Assembly (NCBI GenBank): GCA_045546815.1
Contig: JAZQDN010000054.1
Location: 80,494-144,493, forward strand
Reading direction: 5' to 3'
DNA length: 64,000 bases
Source of the DNA: Eubacteriales bacterium
GTDB lineage: Bacteria > Bacillota > Clostridia > Oscillospirales > QAKW01
A model generated the notes under the pieces. It was given only the letters and a program-made list of their open reading frames with translations. It did not search any database and was not told the DNA's origin. Below are positions 18,030 through 25,967 of this stretch, piece after piece. A program made the translations under genes and the position numbers. Within the stretch, counting starts at the first letter, position 1, and every line of letters starts with the position of its first letter.

Positions 18030-19916
18030 TTATACTTCCATAATAATTGGGATAATAACGGGTGAGCGTTTGGTTTTTTGCGTAACATACTTTGTAACGG
18101 CATCACGGACATCGCTCTTGAGCGTGCTCCAGTCAAACACTTGACGCTCTATATTTCGCTTGAGTGTCAGAATAACAGCATTTTTTGCGCCGTCAATCAG
18201 TTCTTCGCAGTCACGCATATAAACGAAGCCACGTGAAATAATGTCGGGTCCAGAAACAATTTTTCGCTCTGACGCGCTGACTGCCGCAACGACAACGATC
18301 ATACCGTCCTCTGCGAGCATGCGTCTGTCGCGCATTACGATGTTGCCAACGTCGCCCACACTGCCTCCGTCAATGAGAATCTGTCCTGCAGGCACTGAAC
18401 CCTCAAGCCGCGCGCTGTCGACGCTCAATTCTAAAATACCGCCGTTTTCGTTAATAAACACGTTTTTCTCGTCCATACCCGATTCGACAGCCAGCTTTTT
18501 GTGTGCAAGCAGGTGTCTGAATTCGCCGTGCACGGGCATAAAGAATTTCGGTTTTACAAGCCCGAGTATGAGCAGCAGCTCTTCCTGGCAGGCGTGTCCC
18601 GAAACGTGAACACCCGAGATGCTGTCGGCAACCACCTCCGCACCGAGCTTTTCAAGTTCGTTTACAACGGTTGATACAAACTTTTCGTTACCCGGTATGG
18701 GGGATGCGGATATAACAACAATATCATCAGACGATATTGATATGATTCTGTGGTCGGAGAACGCCATTCTGTACAGCGCGCTCATCGGCTCACCCTGCGA
18801 GCCGGTCGTAATGATAACGACCTCGCCCTTGGGGTATCGGTTTGCGTGCTCAATGGGTATCAGCGTGCCTTTCGGGATATCGATGTAGCCGAGCTCGTTT
18901 GCAACGGCGATAACGCCCTCCATACTTCTGCCTGATACTGCAACCTTTCTGCCGTATTTGACAGCCGTCAGTATTATCTGCTGAACGCGGTGCACGTTTG
19001 ATGAGAAGGTCGCGATAAATATACGCTTTCCCTCAGCGCGTGCAAAAATGTTGTCAAACGAGTGTCCGACCTTGCGCTCCGACATAGCCATACCGGGTCG
19101 CTCTGCATTTGTTGAGTCTGACATCAGCAGCAGTACACCCTCTTGCGACAGCTGACCGAGACGTGTAAGGTCAATCATTCGTCCGCGGATAGGTGTTGTG
19201 TCAATCTTAAAGTCACCCATATGCACAAGCGTGCCGACAGGTGTTTTTATTGCAAAGGCGGCGCTGTCGGCAATCGAGTGGTTTACCTTGATAAACTCAA
19301 CCGAGAAACAGCCGCGGTTTACAATATCGCCCGGCTTTTGCTCCATAAGTATCGGCTGATACTGCAGCTTGTGCTCTTGCAGCTTTCGCTTTATAAGCCC
19401 GATTGTCAGCTTGTTCGCAAAAACGGGGACGCTGACCTCTTTTAAGAAATATGGAAGACCGCCGATGTGGTCCTCGTGACCGTGTGTCACAAATATACCG
19501 CGGATTTTGTTGCGGTTTTTAAGCAGATAAGTAAAATCGGGGATAACGTGGTCAATACCCAGCATATCCGCATCAGGAAAGGCAAAGCCGCAGTCGATAA
19601 TGATTATATCGTCACCGTATTCGATCGCCGTCATATTCTTTCCGATTTCGTCAAGACCGCCAAGCGGTATTACCTTCAGCTTGAAAAGCGGAGCGCTCTT
19701 GCTCTGCCTTTTTTGTTTGGTAGCAGGCTTTGTCGGTTTTTTTACCGCCTTTTTTATCTGTTCAGGCGATCGCGCGTCAGCTGGCTTTTTCGCTTTTGCG
19801 GGTTGCTCTGCGTGATTTTTGACCTGCTTTGATTTTTTTATGCCCTTGCTTTTTGTAATGCGTTTTTTAGGCGGGCTGCTCTTTTTAAGCTTTGCTATTT
19901 TTTCTTCTGTTTGCAT
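18030..19916 (-). CDS. rnj: Ribonuclease J with a Lys-rich N-terminal extension
   Basis: 628 aa. Metallo-beta-lactamase motif THGHEDHIGGLPYF, beta-CASP and C-terminal domains. About 75 aa of K/A/P-rich N-terminal tail. GAAAGGAAG RBS. Confidence 0.9.
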   Translation of the reverse strand: MQTEEKIAKLKKSSPPKKRITKSKGIKKSKQVKNHAEQPAKAKKPADARSPEQIKKAVKKPTKPATKQKRQSKSAPLFKLKVIPLGGLDEIGKNMTAIEYGDDIIIIDCGFAFPDADMLGIDHVIPDFTYLLKNRNKIRGIFVTHGHEDHIGGLPYFLKEVSVPVFANKLTIGLIKRKLQEHKLQYQPILMEQKPGDIVNRGCFSVEFIKVNHSIADSAAFAIKTPVGTLVHMGDFKIDTTPIRGRMIDLTRLGQLSQEGVLLLMSDSTNAERPGMAMSERKVGHSFDNIFARAEGKRIFIATFSSNVHRVQQIILTAVKYGRKVAVSGRSMEGVIAVANELGYIDIPKGTLIPIEHANRYPKGEVVIITTGSQGEPMSALYRMAFSDHRIISISSDDIVVISASPIPGNEKFVSTVVNELEKLGAEVVADSISGVHVSGHACQEELLLILGLVKPKFFMPVHGEFRHLLAHKKLAVESGMDEKNVFINENGGILELSVDSARLEGSVPAGQILIDGGSVGDVGNIVMRDRRMLAEDGMIVVVAAVSASERKIVSGPDIISRGFVYMRDCEELIDGAKNAVILTLKRNIERQVFDWSTLKSDVRDAVTKYVTQKTKRSPVIIPIIMEV

Positions 19917-20026
19917 ATTCTTCCTTTCAATTTATAAATATCAAAACCAAGGCATTGCCGTCAATGCCCTTAATATTTTATCGACAGTACCAACCGTTCA
20001 TACCGTCTATTTCTTTCTTATAATAT

Positions 20027-20055
20027 ATTATACAACTTTTTTGTGATTTATACAA
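20027..20055 (-). promoter_or_regulatory. Sigma-A-type promoter for rnj
   Basis: Minus strand TTGTAT (20055..20050), 17 nt, TATAAT (20032..20027). Predicts a leader of about 100 nt. Confidence 0.5.
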
Positions 20056-20063
20056 GAAAAAAT

Positions 20064-20095
20064 TAAAAAGCACCTCAAAAAAGAGGTGCTTTTTA
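20064..20095. terminator. Intrinsic terminator downstream of the ferredoxin gene (symmetric A/T runs)
   Basis: agcacctc-aaaaaa-gaggtgct flanked by AAAAA and TTTTT. Confidence 0.75.
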
Positions 20096-20115
20096 TTAAA
20101 AGTAAGTAATTATTA

Positions 20116-20286
20116 TTACTCAGCCTCGATTGACTCTGTAGGACAAACAGACTCACAAGCGCCGCAATCGATGCATTCGTTATTATCGATAACGTAGATG
20201 CCGTCGCCTTCTTTAATAGCGCCTACGGGGCATTCGCCTTCGCATGAACCGCATGCGATGCAGGTATCTTTAATTACATGTGCCAT
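20116..20286 (-). CDS. fdx: Clostridial-type 2x[4Fe-4S] ferredoxin (56 aa; below the ORF-track cutoff)
   Basis: Manual minus-strand translation gives MAHVIKDTCIACGSCEGECPVGAIKEGDGIYVIDNNECIDCGACESVCPTESIEAE, which has two CxxCxxCxxxCP motifs. GGAGGTG RBS 7 nt upstream of the ATG. Confidence 0.85.
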   Translation of the reverse strand: MAHVIKDTCIACGSCEGECPVGAIKEGDGIYVIDNNECIDCGACESVCPTESIEAE

Positions 20287-20315
20287 TATGGTTACACCTC
20301 CTTGTAATTATTACT

Positions 20316-20344
20316 ATAATATCAAAGAAAATTGTATATTGCAA
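20316..20344 (-). promoter_or_regulatory. Sigma-A-type promoter for the ferredoxin gene
   Basis: Minus strand TTGCAA (20344..20339), 17 nt, TATTAT (20321..20316). Confidence 0.5.
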
Positions 20345-20356
20345 GTACTTTTTTTA

Positions 20357-21229
20357 TTAGTCGCCTTCAAGCTCTGAAAGTGCCGCCAATTCCTCTTTGG
20401 AAAGTGCTGATTTTCCTGCCTTTAACAGCTTTACCTCGCGAGCTTCATACGTTTTGAATATGGGCGTATCGTCGTCGCTTTGAAGCTGTACCTTGAGCGT
20501 TTGCTTGAGCGTGTTTGTTTCAACGACATTTCCTGTGCCGTCGGGTGTTTTTACAAGCGAGCCGACGCGTGCAAGTGTTTTATTGAGCGATTCATAGGTG
20601 CTTTGCTCGTACTGCAGACAGCACATAAGTCTGCCGCAGGTGCCTGATATTTTTGTGGGATTGAGTGACAGCCCCTGCTCCTTTGCCATTTTAATTGAAA
20701 CGGTGTGGAAATCGTTCATAAACGAATTACAGCAAAACGGTCTTCCGCAGATTCCGAGTCCGCCCTTCATCTTGCACTCGTCACGGACGCCTATCTGACG
20801 GAGCTCGATGCGTGTTTTAAAGGTCATTGCGAGCTCTTTCACAAGCTCTCTGAAGTCGATGCGGTTGTCGGCTGTAAAATAAAACAGAATCTTGCTCTCG
20901 TCAAAGGTGTATTCGACCTCGACAAGTGTCATAGCAAGTCCCAGCTTTTGAATTTTTTTCTCACATATCTCAAACGCAGTCGCTTCCTTACTTGCAAGCT
21001 GCTGCATCTTTTTTATGTCAATTCCGTCGGCGATTCGGATAACGGGCTTTAAGGGCGATACGATCTCGCTCTCCTCAACCTGACGGTTGCCCTGAATAAC
21101 CTCGCCGCATTCCTTGCCGCGCGCGGTTTCAACAATGCACCAGTCGCCCTCCTTAAGCGTGAGCTTACCCGGGTCAAAATAGTACATTTTTCCGCCGTTT
21201 TTAAAACGTATACCTACTATATTAATCAA
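20357..21229 (-). CDS. ricT: PSP1-domain protein RicT/YaaT (stage 0 sporulation / RNase Y regulator complex)
   Basis: 290 aa starting MINIVGIRFKNGGKMYYFDPG. Cys cluster CGRPFCC...CGRLMCC. The conserved holB-yaaT synteny is present. Confidence 0.85.
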   Translation of the reverse strand: MINIVGIRFKNGGKMYYFDPGKLTLKEGDWCIVETARGKECGEVIQGNRQVEESEIVSPLKPVIRIADGIDIKKMQQLASKEATAFEICEKKIQKLGLAMTLVEVEYTFDESKILFYFTADNRIDFRELVKELAMTFKTRIELRQIGVRDECKMKGGLGICGRPFCCNSFMNDFHTVSIKMAKEQGLSLNPTKISGTCGRLMCCLQYEQSTYESLNKTLARVGSLVKTPDGTGNVVETNTLKQTLKVQLQSDDDTPIFKTYEAREVKLLKAGKSALSKEELAALSELEGD

Positions 21230-22172
21230 GTGTTTTTCCTCCGTAAAGGTTTATTGTAAGGGTTGCTGTTATAAGTGACAGATTAACGCTGCCGTCAAGC
21301 TCGTAAAGTGACGTCTGACACTGCTGTATGCAGTTATATAACCTGTCGGTATCTATTTTAGCAAAAATGCTTTTGTTTTTCAAGACACTGTCACAAAATA
21401 CAAGCGCGTCGGCATTTCCCGTTGAATTTAAAATGAGAATATCCCGAAGGTAGACGGTGAGCACCTGCAAAAACTGCGCGATTTTATCCTTTTTTATCGG
21501 CAGCACCGTCTTTGCAATGGTGTACCTGTCCTTTTGCGCTATAGCGACACAAACGCTCTCGCACACGTCAACCAGCTTTGAAAAGCTCTCGTCCGTTGCC
21601 ATCTTTGCGGCAAGACCTACGTTGCCCTGCGCCGCCTTCATATATGTTTTCAGCTTGTCCTTCGGAGCGTTTATCTCACGGCTTAAAAGCTGTGCACCCT
21701 CATCGTCGTTCACGTATTCCATTTCGTACACACTGCAACGTGATATTACAGTAGGTAATATTTTTTCGCGGCTGTGTACAAGCAGAATGAACACACAGAA
21801 TGACGGTGGCTGTTCGAGCACGGTGAGCAGTGCGTTCTGCCCCGCCTCGTTTAAGCAAAACGCGTCGATAATATAAACCTTTTTGGCAGCTTCGGTTGGC
21901 GTTATAAACGCGTCAGCGCGCATATCGCGCACCGCCTCTACCGATATCGACTTTTTATCTTCCTCGGGGTGTAAGAAAATAACGTCGGGGTGTGAGTGGC
22001 GCAAAACGCGGTCCTTATCTCCGATTATTTCGGCGGCAAACGCGAGCGCTGCAGTTTTTTTTCCCGAACCCTCGGGACCGCAGAACAGATATGCGTGCAG
22101 GACTGTCTGCGTCTTAAGTGCAAACCCCAGCTGCTCCTTCATATTTTTATTTGACAAAAGTGTTTCAAACAT
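21222..22172 (-). CDS. holB: DNA polymerase III delta' subunit
   Basis: 316 aa. HAYLFCGPEGSGKKTAALAFAAEI (AAA+ clamp-loader Walker A region) and SRC-like ISRCSVYEM. 8-nt overlap with ricT. Confidence 0.8.
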   Translation of the reverse strand: MFETLLSNKNMKEQLGFALKTQTVLHAYLFCGPEGSGKKTAALAFAAEIIGDKDRVLRHSHPDVIFLHPEEDKKSISVEAVRDMRADAFITPTEAAKKVYIIDAFCLNEAGQNALLTVLEQPPSFCVFILLVHSREKILPTVISRCSVYEMEYVNDDEGAQLLSREINAPKDKLKTYMKAAQGNVGLAAKMATDESFSKLVDVCESVCVAIAQKDRYTIAKTVLPIKKDKIAQFLQVLTVYLRDILILNSTGNADALVFCDSVLKNKSIFAKIDTDRLYNCIQQCQTSLYELDGSVNLSLITATLTINLYGGKTLD

Positions 22173-23257
22173 CAGTCAATATACTCTCTTTTTACTTTGT
22201 CTGCAATGTAGAGCGGTGAAATATTGATAAGAACTCTGTCGCCGCACTTGCACTCAACGTCCGTCACGTCAACAAAGGTGTGGGTGAGTGCAGGCCTTCC
22301 GACAAGACGAGCAGCCTTTCCGTTAATTTTAACAGTCGGCATATTGTTTGCAAACAGCATTTTGAAAACGTGATAGCCGTAGCGCAATATGTCAATAAAT
22401 CTGAAGGTGTCGTAATCCTTTTTTATCATCACACCGTCCGCACTTCCGCAGCAAAGCACGGCAACGCGTGTGTCGCGCTTAAGCTTACATATGTTGCCGT
22501 AGCCGAGGTTTGCCCCGCGCTTTAATGTGCGTATGTCGACAATATCGGAATAAAAATTTCCGACACGCTTAAGGGAAATATCTGTTTTAAACGGCACGCG
22601 TCCCGTAAGGGCGGAGCCGATGCGCACTGCATCAAGGCAGTACTTTGTGTCTTTAAGCGCCGCGCTTGAGTTTGCTATATGGCGTATGCCGATGTTAAGA
22701 CCCGCTGACGTGAGCGCGTCGCAAGCCGACAAAAACCGCTCAAGCTGCAGGTCGGTGTTTTGCATATTGTCTGAAAAAGCCGATGAAAAGTGCGAAAAGA
22801 TGCCTGTGACCTTTATTCCTTCCACCTCAAAAACCGACTTTATCTGCGAAATATCGTTGTATTTAAAGCCAAAGCGGCCAAAGCCCGTGTCGATCTTCAG
22901 GTGCACCGATGCGCACTTGCCGCACTCTTTTGCATAGTCGCCGATACGCTTTGCCTGACCGATCGAATCGACCGCACATATTATGTCGCTGTCGACTATC
23001 TGCCTGATTGATAGCATGTCGTGGTAGCAGGATAGTAATAACGTGCGACAGCCCTTGCATATGCTATCGGCCTCTTCAAGTCGTGACACGGCAAAAAGCG
23101 TAACACCGCAGGTGTCACGCAAAAGCCTTGAAACCTCGTTTGCACCGAGGCCATATGCGTTTGCCTTGAGTGTGGGAATGACAAGCGCATCGCTGCGGTG
23201 GGAGATCTCGTTGAAATTATATACTATATCCTGTTTGTTTATTTCAAATACTGTCAT
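22172..23257 (-). CDS. Alanine-racemase-family (fold-type III PLP) protein, atypical
   Basis: 361 aa. PLP-lysine motif PTLKANAYGLG, plus HLKIDTGFGRFG, SHFSSA and HIANSSAAL. See the findings for the missing second catalytic base. Start/stop overlaps on both sides. Confidence 0.7.
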   Translation of the reverse strand: MTVFEINKQDIVYNFNEISHRSDALVIPTLKANAYGLGANEVSRLLRDTCGVTLFAVSRLEEADSICKGCRTLLLSCYHDMLSIRQIVDSDIICAVDSIGQAKRIGDYAKECGKCASVHLKIDTGFGRFGFKYNDISQIKSVFEVEGIKVTGIFSHFSSAFSDNMQNTDLQLERFLSACDALTSAGLNIGIRHIANSSAALKDTKYCLDAVRIGSALTGRVPFKTDISLKRVGNFYSDIVDIRTLKRGANLGYGNICKLKRDTRVAVLCCGSADGVMIKKDYDTFRFIDILRYGYHVFKMLFANNMPTVKINGKAARLVGRPALTHTFVDVTDVECKCGDRVLINISPLYIADKVKREYID

Positions 23258-24315
23258 TTGTTTTTAAGCTTAAACTTAATCATATTAAGTCTGCGGTAAG
23301 ATTTTTCGGCAACCTTTAAAAACGAGTTGAGCATCGGTCTGTAAATCATACTCATTTCACCGATAAACTCGGTAAACTCGCCGTTAAAGCCTTTTTTAAA
23401 GCGATAAAGACCGTAAAGGGGGTTGTCCTCGCTGATATCGCCCGACACACCGCGGAAGTCGTAAACTCTGCAGTTCTTTTCAACTGCCCATTTGATCATC
23501 TCATACTGTAAAAGGTAGTTTGGCATAACGTTGCGGTAGCTGTCAGATGACGCACCGTAAAGATACCACACCTTGTCGCCGTAGTGAATGGCGATTGTGC
23601 CCGCGATCGCCTTGCCGTCAAGATATGCCATATAAAGACGTGCGTGCTCACCGAGAGCCTCAAGCAGACGCTTGAAATACGCGGCGTTGCGGATAACAAA
23701 GTTGTCGCGGATGCCCGTTTCAAGCATTATGTTATAAAACTCTTCTACCTTTGATGTGTCCTCGATTTTAACCTCGACACCCTTTTTGATTGCAACGCGG
23801 ATGTTGTAGCGTGTTTTCTGATGGAATGAAGCAAGCAGCTCTTCCTCGTTTCTGCCGTCAAGATACAGTCTGAAAACGTAGCGCGGCTGAATACCCTCAA
23901 AGTTTTTGGAATCAACCGGCATTGTAAGTCCGATTTTTTTGCAGATTCTTGCAAACTCGGCATCGTCACTCTTTACGTCGGGGTCAATTTTAAAGATATA
24001 CGCCTTATGCTTTTTGGCAAGCTCGTTTACACCGTCAAAAAGACGCTTTAAAACGTCTTCGTTATGAATGTCGCAGACAGGACCGCGCGGTGAATAAAGC
24101 ATTTTTGCCTTAAAGACAGGCACCTGACGCACAAGCACACCGATAGTGCCCTCAATCTTGCCGTCTTTATCGCGGACAATAACCGCTTCAAAGTTCCAGT
24201 CGGTCTTAACCTTTGCCCACATTGTAGACTGCGAAAAGTTACATTTGGGGCAGCTTTCGACAAATTCTTCATATTCTGCAACCTGGGCTGCATTATTCAA
24301 ATCAAGAAATTCCAA
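23254..24315 (-). CDS. FemAB-family peptidoglycan aminoacyl-tRNA transferase (FemX-like)
   Basis: FemAB-type sequence (FSQSTMWAKVK...YLYGASSD...LYRFKKGFNGEF). I place the start at TTG 24315 (LEFLDLNNAA...), with AGGAGA 9 nt upstream. The track start at 24360 lies inside the predicted promoter. Confidence 0.8.
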   Translation of the reverse strand: MEFLDLNNAAQVAEYEEFVESCPKCNFSQSTMWAKVKTDWNFEAVIVRDKDGKIEGTIGVLVRQVPVFKAKMLYSPRGPVCDIHNEDVLKRLFDGVNELAKKHKAYIFKIDPDVKSDDAEFARICKKIGLTMPVDSKNFEGIQPRYVFRLYLDGRNEEELLASFHQKTRYNIRVAIKKGVEVKIEDTSKVEEFYNIMLETGIRDNFVIRNAAYFKRLLEALGEHARLYMAYLDGKAIAGTIAIHYGDKVWYLYGASSDSYRNVMPNYLLQYEMIKWAVEKNCRVYDFRGVSGDISEDNPLYGLYRFKKGFNGEFTEFIGEMSMIYRPMLNSFLKVAEKSYRRLNMIKFKLKNK

Positions 24316-24349
24316 GATTTTTGTTCTCCTAATTTTATTATATATAGGT

Positions 24350-24378
24350 ATTATATACAAAAAGCTCGCATTTGTAAA
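24350..24378 (-). promoter_or_regulatory. Sigma-A-type promoter of the femX-alr-like-holB-ricT operon
   Basis: Minus strand TTTACA (24378..24373), 17 nt, TATAAT (24355..24350). Confidence 0.55.
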
Positions 24379-24447
24379 TAAAGTATTTGATTTTATAATA
24401 AAATAGTGTATAATAAAAATATAAATAAAAGAAAGGAAATGATATAT

Positions 24448-24639
24448 ATGGTAACAAAGGATTCAATTATCGGCGACGTACTTGATAAATACCCCGATAC
24501 TGCACAGTTCTTTTTAGAAATCGGTATGCACTGCCTCGGCTGCCCTTCAGCACGTGGCGAAACAATTGAGCAGGCTTGCGCTGTTCACGGCGAGGATTGC
24601 GATGCCCTTCTTGAAAAAATCAATTCAATCATTGATTAA
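24448..24639 (+). CDS. DUF1858 / hybrid-cluster-protein-associated redox disulfide domain protein
   Basis: 63 aa from the ATG at 24448: MVTKDSIIGDVLDKYPDTAQFFLEIGMHCLGCPSARGETIEQAC.., with a CxxC motif. AAAGGAAA RBS. The track ORF has a 14-codon AT-rich extension. Confidence 0.7.
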   Translation: MVTKDSIIGDVLDKYPDTAQFFLEIGMHCLGCPSARGETIEQACAVHGEDCDALLEKINSIID

Positions 24640-24674
24640 TTTAATGTAGGGGCGATCATTGGTCGTCCGCAAAA

Positions 24675-24702
24675 AAAGCACTCATTTTTATGAGTGCTTT
24701 TT
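24675..24702 (+). terminator. Intrinsic terminator
   Basis: aaagcactcat-tttt-atgagtgcttt followed by a T-run. Confidence 0.75.
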
Positions 24703-24736
24703 AAATAATCGGGGCATACTAACCTTCGGTGATTAA

Positions 24737-24910
24737 ATGAACGAAATACTTTACCGCGCAAGTGTTATGGTCGGCGTACCATATGACGAGTTTGTGGCTG
24801 AAATTAAAAAAGCACAAAAGCTTGTCGGCGCACAGGATCTGGAAACGGACGAGTTTGTAAAAAAACTTACGCTTTTGGCACTTGAGAGGTATATTGGAGA
24901 TTGTCTATGA
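24737..24910 (+). CDS. Hypothetical 57-aa protein (not in the ORF track) coupled to pncC
   Basis: Manual translation gives MNEILYRASVMVGVPYDEFVAEIKKAQKLVGAQDLETDEFVKKLTLLALERYIGDCL. The stop TGA (24908..24910) overlaps the pncC ATG (24907) as ATGA. The RBS is weak. Confidence 0.3.
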   Translation: MNEILYRASVMVGVPYDEFVAEIKKAQKLVGAQDLETDEFVKKLTLLALERYIGDCL

Positions 24911-25371
24911 ACGAACAAAAGCTTGTTGAGCTGCTTAAACAAAAAAATATGCGTATCTGTTGTGCGGAGTCGTGCACGGGCGGTCTGCTGAATGCAACGC
25001 TTGTAAGTGTTGTCGGTGCGTCGGACGTTCTCGATATGGGCTTTGTAACATATGCAAACGAAGCGAAAATAAAATTGCTTTGTGTAAAGCGAGAGGACAT
25101 CGACAGCTTTGGCGTTGTAAGCGAGCCGGTAGCCGTACAGATGGCGAGCGGTGCGTGCAAGGTGTCGGGCGCGCAGGTGGGCGTCGGCATATCGGGTATT
25201 GCAGGACCCGGCGGGTCGGAGCACAAGCCGGAGGGTATGGTGTGCTTTGGCTTTTGCGTAAACGGCAAAACCTTTAGTGAAACAAAACAGTTTGGCGCAA
25301 TCGGCAGACAGAATGTTCGGGAAAAATCGTGCGAGTTTGCAATTGACAGACTGCTTGAGCTGATAAAATAA
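24907..25371 (+). CDS. pncC: CinA-family nicotinamide mononucleotide deamidase (PncC domain)
   Basis: Motif CCAESCTGGLL and GISGIAGPGG. GGAGA RBS 7 nt before the ATG at 24907; the track starts at TTG 24901. Confidence 0.85.
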   Translation: MNEQKLVELLKQKNMRICCAESCTGGLLNATLVSVVGASDVLDMGFVTYANEAKIKLLCVKREDIDSFGVVSEPVAVQMASGACKVSGAQVGVGISGIAGPGGSEHKPEGMVCFGFCVNGKTFSETKQFGAIGRQNVREKSCEFAIDRLLELIK

Positions 25372-25396
25372 CGGATGCAGAAGCATCCGTTATTTT
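25365..25396. terminator. Bidirectional terminator hairpin containing the stop codons of both convergent genes
   Basis: Perfect 14-bp stem aaaataacggatgc / gcatccgttatttt with loop agaa. The pncC TAA (25369..25371) and dpaB TAA (25392..25390) both lie inside the stem arms. Confidence 0.75.
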
Positions 25397-25965
25397 ATTA
25401 TTGGCTGAATCTGCCTGCCCTTCAGTGCAAGCTCAACAGTATCTGCTATTTTTGAAAAATCGGCAATGCACGAGCGCGCCTTGCTTTGCGGATCGTCCTG
25501 ACAAAACGGCACAAAATACACGTTTTTGGTGTTCATTAAAATGCCGATGTTTTTTGCGCTGTTTGTGAGCGCGTCGTTGGTAGAAATTGCAATAACGAGC
25601 GGTCTGTCGTTGCGAAGATGCGCCTTTGCCGCCATTGTGACGGTGCTGTCTGTAATTCCGAGCGCGAGCTTTGCGAGCGTGTTGCCTGTGCAGGGGGCGA
25701 TAACCATAACGTCGGTCAGTTTTTTGGGACCTATTGGTTCAGCACCCTTTATTGTATGAATAATATCACGACCGCAACAGTCGACCGCTTGCTTTATAAA
25801 GTCCTGCGCGCGACCGAATCGGGTGTCGGTCACATAGGTTATCTCGGACATTATCGGCAGTATATCGTATTTTTCCGACAGTACGCACATTTCGCTCACC
25901 GCCTTTGACAGCGTGCAGAACGAGCCGCACATCGCAAAGCCTAAAACAGTCTTTTTACCTTCCAT
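25390..25965 (-). CDS. dpaB: Dipicolinate synthase subunit B (flavoprotein-like)
   Basis: 191 aa. GFAMCGSFCT... and APCTGNTLAKLA are typical of SpoVFB. Lies directly downstream of dpaA. Confidence 0.85.
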   Translation of the reverse strand: MEGKKTVLGFAMCGSFCTLSKAVSEMCVLSEKYDILPIMSEITYVTDTRFGRAQDFIKQAVDCCGRDIIHTIKGAEPIGPKKLTDVMVIAPCTGNTLAKLALGITDSTVTMAAKAHLRNDRPLVIAISTNDALTNSAKNIGILMNTKNVYFVPFCQDDPQSKARSCIADFSKIADTVELALKGRQIQPIIK

Positions 25966-25967
25966 TT

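Noticed and set aside
19917-20026. Hairpin GGCATTG-ccgt-CAATGCC (19951..19968) in the roughly 100-nt rnj leader as a possible regulatory RNA element
   Set aside because: It is only a 7-bp stem with no recognisable riboswitch or attenuator architecture. It may simply be a 5' stabiliser and cannot be supported further from sequence alone.
24751-25386. 211-aa minus-strand ORF covering the pncC region
   Set aside because: It is antisense to a CDS with clear CinA/PncC motifs and to the coupled sORF. Its composition is Arg/Cys/Leu-rich and shadow-ORF-like, and it would run through the bidirectional terminator.
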